A stretch of 64,000 nucleotides of DNA from the human T2T-CHM13v2.0 reference genome, Homo sapiens. A program made the position numbers and the translations under genes. Below, piece by piece: positions 58,347 through 64,000 of this stretch (its first letter is position 1; each line of letters begins with the position of its first letter). The notes beneath the pieces were generated by a model. It made no database searches. It saw nothing but the letters and a program-made list of their open reading frames with translations, and was not told the DNA's origin. The DNA lies in assembly GCF_009914755.1 (NCBI RefSeq), contig NC_060928.1; one strand, given 5' to 3'.

Positions 58347-60909
58347 TGTTAAAGGAAAGAGCCACTACAGGTACCTAAGTGATTTAAAAAAAAAAAATCT
58401 TATACTTATAAATATTGTGCACTTAGTGTGTAAATAAAATGTTTTGTAATGCTTGTTCAGCTACTATGCTTTTCATTGGGATTAACTAGACATCATTCAA
58501 TATGTTTCATTTGTGGCTTTTAACTCATTTATTTGCTCACTTAAAAAATATTGAGTATTTACCATATGCTAGTTTCTAATCTGGGTATTGGGAATGCAGC
58601 TAAGTATTTTACTTCCTTATTCTTACATAATTTTCTAAACTGAAAAGAAGGGAAACTTGTTTTTGAATGTAGAATGATTGAAAATATAATGAGATTGAAT
58701 ACAAATGTATTCCGTAAAGGTCTATGCCATATTTTTTGGTTTAACATTTTACTGTAATGAAATTTGATGAATTTTTTAACGTACTTATAAGAGATCAAGT
58801 GGAATTTTTTCAGTAATTTTGAATACCAATCTTAGAATAAAGAATAGACTTTTAAGTAAAAGTAGTCAAAGGTTACAGGCATTTATATTCAAACCTACAG
58901 TGTTATCAGTGCAGCAGAGAGAATCAAAAAACAAACAAAAATCCTATACTTCTTATTTGCAGGGAAAAAAATCAACAAGTGAGTTGTAGTCTTAATGCCT
59001 ACCATTCTAGAAAAATTACTAATGGATGATCAAATATTTTCTCTTTGACCTACATGATACTTGACACTTTGTATGAGAAAAATGTGTACTCAGATTAAAT
59101 ATAATCTCAAAGCAATCCTTTTAATTTCAAACTTTGGAAAAGAAAATGTACTTTTTTTTGAAATTTAATACTCATGGAAAAACAGAAATAGTGAAACTAG
59201 AAATGTGACACAATGCTGATCACTTCTTGAAGTACTGCTTCTAGGATGTGTGAGGAGGGAAGAGAGGACATTAAGGCTGCTTGCTTCATGCTGTGAGCCA
59301 TTAGCTGATTGCTCCAGGCTTCACCACCAACAGCAGAACAGAAGGGGAGGTGGCCCTGATGAAAGGGAGGAAAGAAAAAAGACAGATTTATTGTCTTCTC
59401 TATAGGATCTTATTTCCATTCTACTCCAGTGCTCTTTTCTAAGACATTAAATAAGTACTTAACCCTTTACTATTTACACTCCTTATGATCTGAAACACTG
59501 GGAAGGTATTTATATTTTGCCTTGAAACATCATTTTAAAATGTTTTACTTTTAAATGTTTATTGAGTTGTACTTACAAATGTTAATTATAGCTTCCTAAA
59601 GACAGGAATCCAGGAAACTGGATTTCTCTATAGAAGGATTATGTAAATTTGGTTCACTACAGGATGCATTACTAGCATTTTGAAAATGCCTGGTACATAG
59701 CAAGTGCTTCACAGGTGTTACCTGAATGAATAAGTGGTTGCTATCTTTTGTTTGTGACAAAATTGAATAATATGGAAGGATAGAAGCCATGATGTGTGGC
59801 ATACCAGGCAGCGTACAAAGTTAAGGAGTGTAATTGTTTAATGCCTAATGCTTAAATGACACTGACCATGATTAAAACCCAGCTGACATCTGCCATATGC
59901 CTCTGAATAAGTGAGTTAACTTTTCTAAATATGTTTTCTCAAATGCAAAGTAGAAATAACACTACTGCCAACTTCATAAATGGCACACCAATAACACTCA
60001 TACACTGAGACCTTAGTATAAATCTTATATATTAGTATCATTATTTAGAGTGGCAGAACATAGCCCATACATAGAAGACAAAAATAATCTGATCATGAAA
60101 TAAAAATAGAAGAGACCTTGCGTGAAGGAAAAGAAGGGATTCAAAATGCTTTATATATAATAATTAACTTCAAAACCTAATTCTTCTTTATGTATTTTAT
60201 GGCAGTAAATTCTGTATTCTCAATTATAGCATATTAATATATCTCCAAATTAAGTATATTTATTGAAGCATGACTTAAGTGAGGATTGTTTAAAATGCAC
60301 AAGGAGGTATTAGTTTAAATATGTTTATTCACGTAATAATAACATGTATAAATAGGCTAGTTTTATTCATAAATATCTGCAGTTATAAGTAAAGTTACTT
60401 ATAATTCCATTACAGTGTTGGAATAGAAGCCCTGTGAGGACAGGGATTTTGTCTGTTTTTAATGGCTATTTGTCTAGTGCCTAGGGCATATCCTAATTGT
60501 GGTAGATATGTAATAAATATTTCATGACTAAAGCAAGTAATATAGAAACATTATATATATTTAGATTCTTGGAAAAGAATTTCAGCATTGCTAGTACAAA
60601 TCGATTTCATGTAATCTCATGACAAAGGAAAGTTTGGTTCCCATATCTTTTGCTTAGGCAAATGGCATCATGAATTTATGTTTCAGTAAGAAATAGAGGA
60701 AACAGTCATTATTTTCAGGGCCCCATTCTGTTGACTAACAATTCTACACAGTCCTGAGGAAATTATGCCACTAGTTTGTGACCCCTCAGCAGCAGATCCC
60801 GTGTGACGCTGCTAAGCATACATTGAAATACAAACACTGCTTATATAATACTTCTGGATCAACAATGCATATAAAATTCAAAATCTCCATTTTCCTCTCA
60901 CAGGTGCTA

Positions 60910-61274
<365 letters not shown>

Positions 61275-61312
61275 AAGTAACAACCTGGATGTTTAGCTTC
61301 AAGAAAAGCTTT

Positions 61313-61617
61313 TATTTATGTATTTATTTATTAGAGACAGGGTCTCATTCTGTCACCAAAGCTGGAGTATGGTGGCACAATCATAACTCACAGTAGCCTT
61401 GAACTTCTAGGCTCAAATGATTCTCCTGCCTCAGCCTCCCGAGTAGCTTGGACTGTAGGTCCATGCAACACGACCTGGCTAATTTTTTAATTTTCTTGTA
61501 GAGATGAGGTCTCACTATGTTGACCAGGCCGGTCTTGAACTCCTTGGCTTCAAGTGATCCTCCTGCCTCCACCTCCCAGTAGGCTGGGATTACAGGTGTG
61601 GGTCACTGTACCCGACC
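61313..61617 (-). mobile_element. AluJ
   Basis: Full-length; TSD-like caagaa(a/g)agcttt. Confidence 0.93.
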
Positions 61618-62526
61618 ACCAAGAAGAGCTTTGATAGTCACAAAGATAGTCTTCAAATATTGAAATCTTATCAAGAGAAGTATCCATTGGTCAATTTTGC
61701 ACTTCGACAGAGGGCAAACTATGATTACAAGTAAAATTACCAAAAAAGAAAGTTTCAATTCAGTGCTAGAAAAATATTTTTTTAAGAGCTAGAGTTGCCC
61801 CAGAGTTGAATAACTCATCTGGTCAGTTAATGTGACAGTTAATTCTGAGTTTCAGATTTTCTGGGAGAGTCTAGTTGTACATATTTAAATGTTGTATAGT
61901 GTTTTGAGTGGAAAATTTAAGGAGGTAATTTAAGATTACTTTTATTAAAAGGAATGTAGTATCAGGCTCTAGTACAGAACACCTTTAACCTAACCATTAT
62001 ATCTATTATATATTAATAGGATTACAAACATTTCACACTGTACATAAATACACAAAACACAGGCAATAATTATAGTGTGGACACAACAGGTAGCACGGGA
62101 ATAAGGAGAATATAGGGTGTGAGTATCTTTAAATCTGCCATTACATCTGGTTTGGCCCAAATAGTCTCTTTGCTTATAAGTGCTCACTGTGCCCCCATTG
62201 GCACCCTTAGGAGGACACCAAGTAGGGGCATGAGTTTACTCACCCCTTTCAGCAGCTGGGGAGAGTTATTGGGCCAGAGAGCCTGTTCTGGCCAGCTCTG
62301 CATGTAAAGACCACAGAGATGCAGCTGGTTCCATCTGCATTTTTCTTAGTGTCTGTGTCCTCTCTGAAATTTGTGCTCCCTTGTCCCTATTTGAGAAATC
62401 CCTGCAAGTGGTAGCCTCTTTGTCCTGAACCCTGGACCTCTGGCTGTCTCAGAAGCTTTGCATCCTGGTCTAGGGCATGTAGAAACTCTCAAACCCCTGA
62501 ATATTACCCACAGAAATACAGTCAGA

Positions 62527-62833
62527 GGTCGGGCGCGGTGGCTCTCGCCTGTAATCCCAGCACTTTAGGAGGCTGAGGTGGGAGGATCACTTGAGGTTAG
62601 GAGTTCAAGACCAGCCTGGCCAACATGGTGAAACCCCATCTCTACTAAAAATACAAAAAAATTAGCCAGGCATGGTGGTGCACACCTGTAATCCTAGCTA
62701 CTTGGGAGGCTGAGGCGGGAGAATGGACGTGGGATGCGGAGGTTACAGTAAGCCAAGATTGAGCCACTGCACTCTAGCCTAGGTGACAGAGTAAGACTCC
62801 TCAAAAAAAAAAAAAAAAGAAAGAAAAAAGAAA
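62527..62833 (+). mobile_element. AluSx/Sz-like
   Basis: Full-length; TSD agaaatacagtcaga. Confidence 0.96.
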
Positions 62834-64000
62834 AGAAATACAGTCAGACAGAAGCACTGCCTCCAGCTCATATCTATTCCTGCCTTCTGTGTCACCATCC
62901 CTTTCTTGGTGTTAAAGAGATGTGAGTAGAGATTTTTCTGGAGGCTGTCATCTGAGGTCTGGTATGCCTGGAAGGGGTGACTTGAAAATCTCAAAATCCC
63001 ACATACTAAAAACAGGTGCTTCTATCTGCCTCCCCATCCTTTTCCATCCCCTTAACCTCAGAATTGCACCTCAAAAGGAGAAATATGAAGGCATTTAACT
63101 TTAATCTCATCTCCTTCAACAGGCTCAAACTTCAAACCAGCAATAAGGGCAGAAATTAGACACCGCCTTCTTTATATTAAAACTATGTGATAAAGTCAGC
63201 CAGACTTGGTTCTTAATAAGGGTAACAAAAAATAGATTAAAGCAAAATATCCAAAATATTATAGCTGTGACACTTACAAACTATGAATAGAAGAAAATAT
63301 TAGAATAATAGTGATATAAACATTTAATTTCATAATCTGAGTCATATGAAATATACCACTGTTAAAAATATAAAGGGACATCTCACTTTTCCTAATACAT
63401 GTGAAAACCACTTTTTTATTTTGAAGCCAACAGTGCCAGGTCACAATATTGTTTCTGGAGAAAAAATGATTTTCATCTCTCAAGATGATATTTTAATCCA
63501 ATAATCACATTAAATGAACTTGTTTTGTGTGTCTCGATGCACAGTAAAATAAAAATGTGTCGTTGAGTTCTGAAATTCTTAATTTAAATTTAATAAAGTA
63601 TGCATCAGATTTTAATAGACATGAATCAGCCTCAATGTAAGCAGTCTTCATATAGAATGCAAGCTGTTTAATTTATTTTTGCCTGTTCTAGTTTCACGTG
63701 GTAAAATACTGTGTATAGATAAACACTAATCTCCAAAGTATGAAAGGAATAATGAACATTCAAGGAAGGGCACAAAGAACTTCAGAAAAGCAATCAAATT
63801 TTCTTTGTTTCAGCTTACAGAGTTAGAGTAAAAATACATACAAAATAATATAATTAACTCTTCACAATGTAATTTTAAATCTCAAAGATTAAACCGAAGC
63901 ATTTTCCTTATGGACTATCTAATTCTTTGTTTACTAATTTTAAAGTAGACTTCACCAGGTTTGGTACTTTGCTTTGTGAACTAGAAAGTAAACAATAAGC

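Noticed and set aside
62000-63070. GC-richer segment around the last Alu as an exon or promoter
   Set aside because: No convincing ORF, splice pair or CpG island; probably an old LTR that I cannot assign

Overview
This is primate, most likely human, genomic DNA, judged from Alu, L1PA/L1HS and THE1 content and a young L1 with the ACG diagnostic. It is AT-rich and CpG-poor and appears to be almost entirely intronic sequence of one large plus-strand gene. Only one convincing coding exon is visible (22407/22436-22641, ...[31 protein letters not shown]...SFITE, GAG|GTAAGT donor), and I could not name the gene. The rest is mostly nested transposable elements: an ancient degraded minus-strand provirus (pol, env, LTR; ~1.4-5.7 kb), L1s of many ages, 14 Alus, MaLR/ERVL LTRs, MIR, L2 and DNA transposons. 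No prokaryote-type systems (CRISPR etc.) are present. The best non-routine signals are a roughly helically phased GTGCTCAA-like motif array in a repeat-free island (~44.5 kb) next to a candidate antisense exon, a perfect 35-bp-arm hairpin (14442-14517), several short local duplications, and two very young retrotransposon insertions. Repeat family names come from recalled consensus motifs, not a database search, and old-repeat boundaries are approximate.
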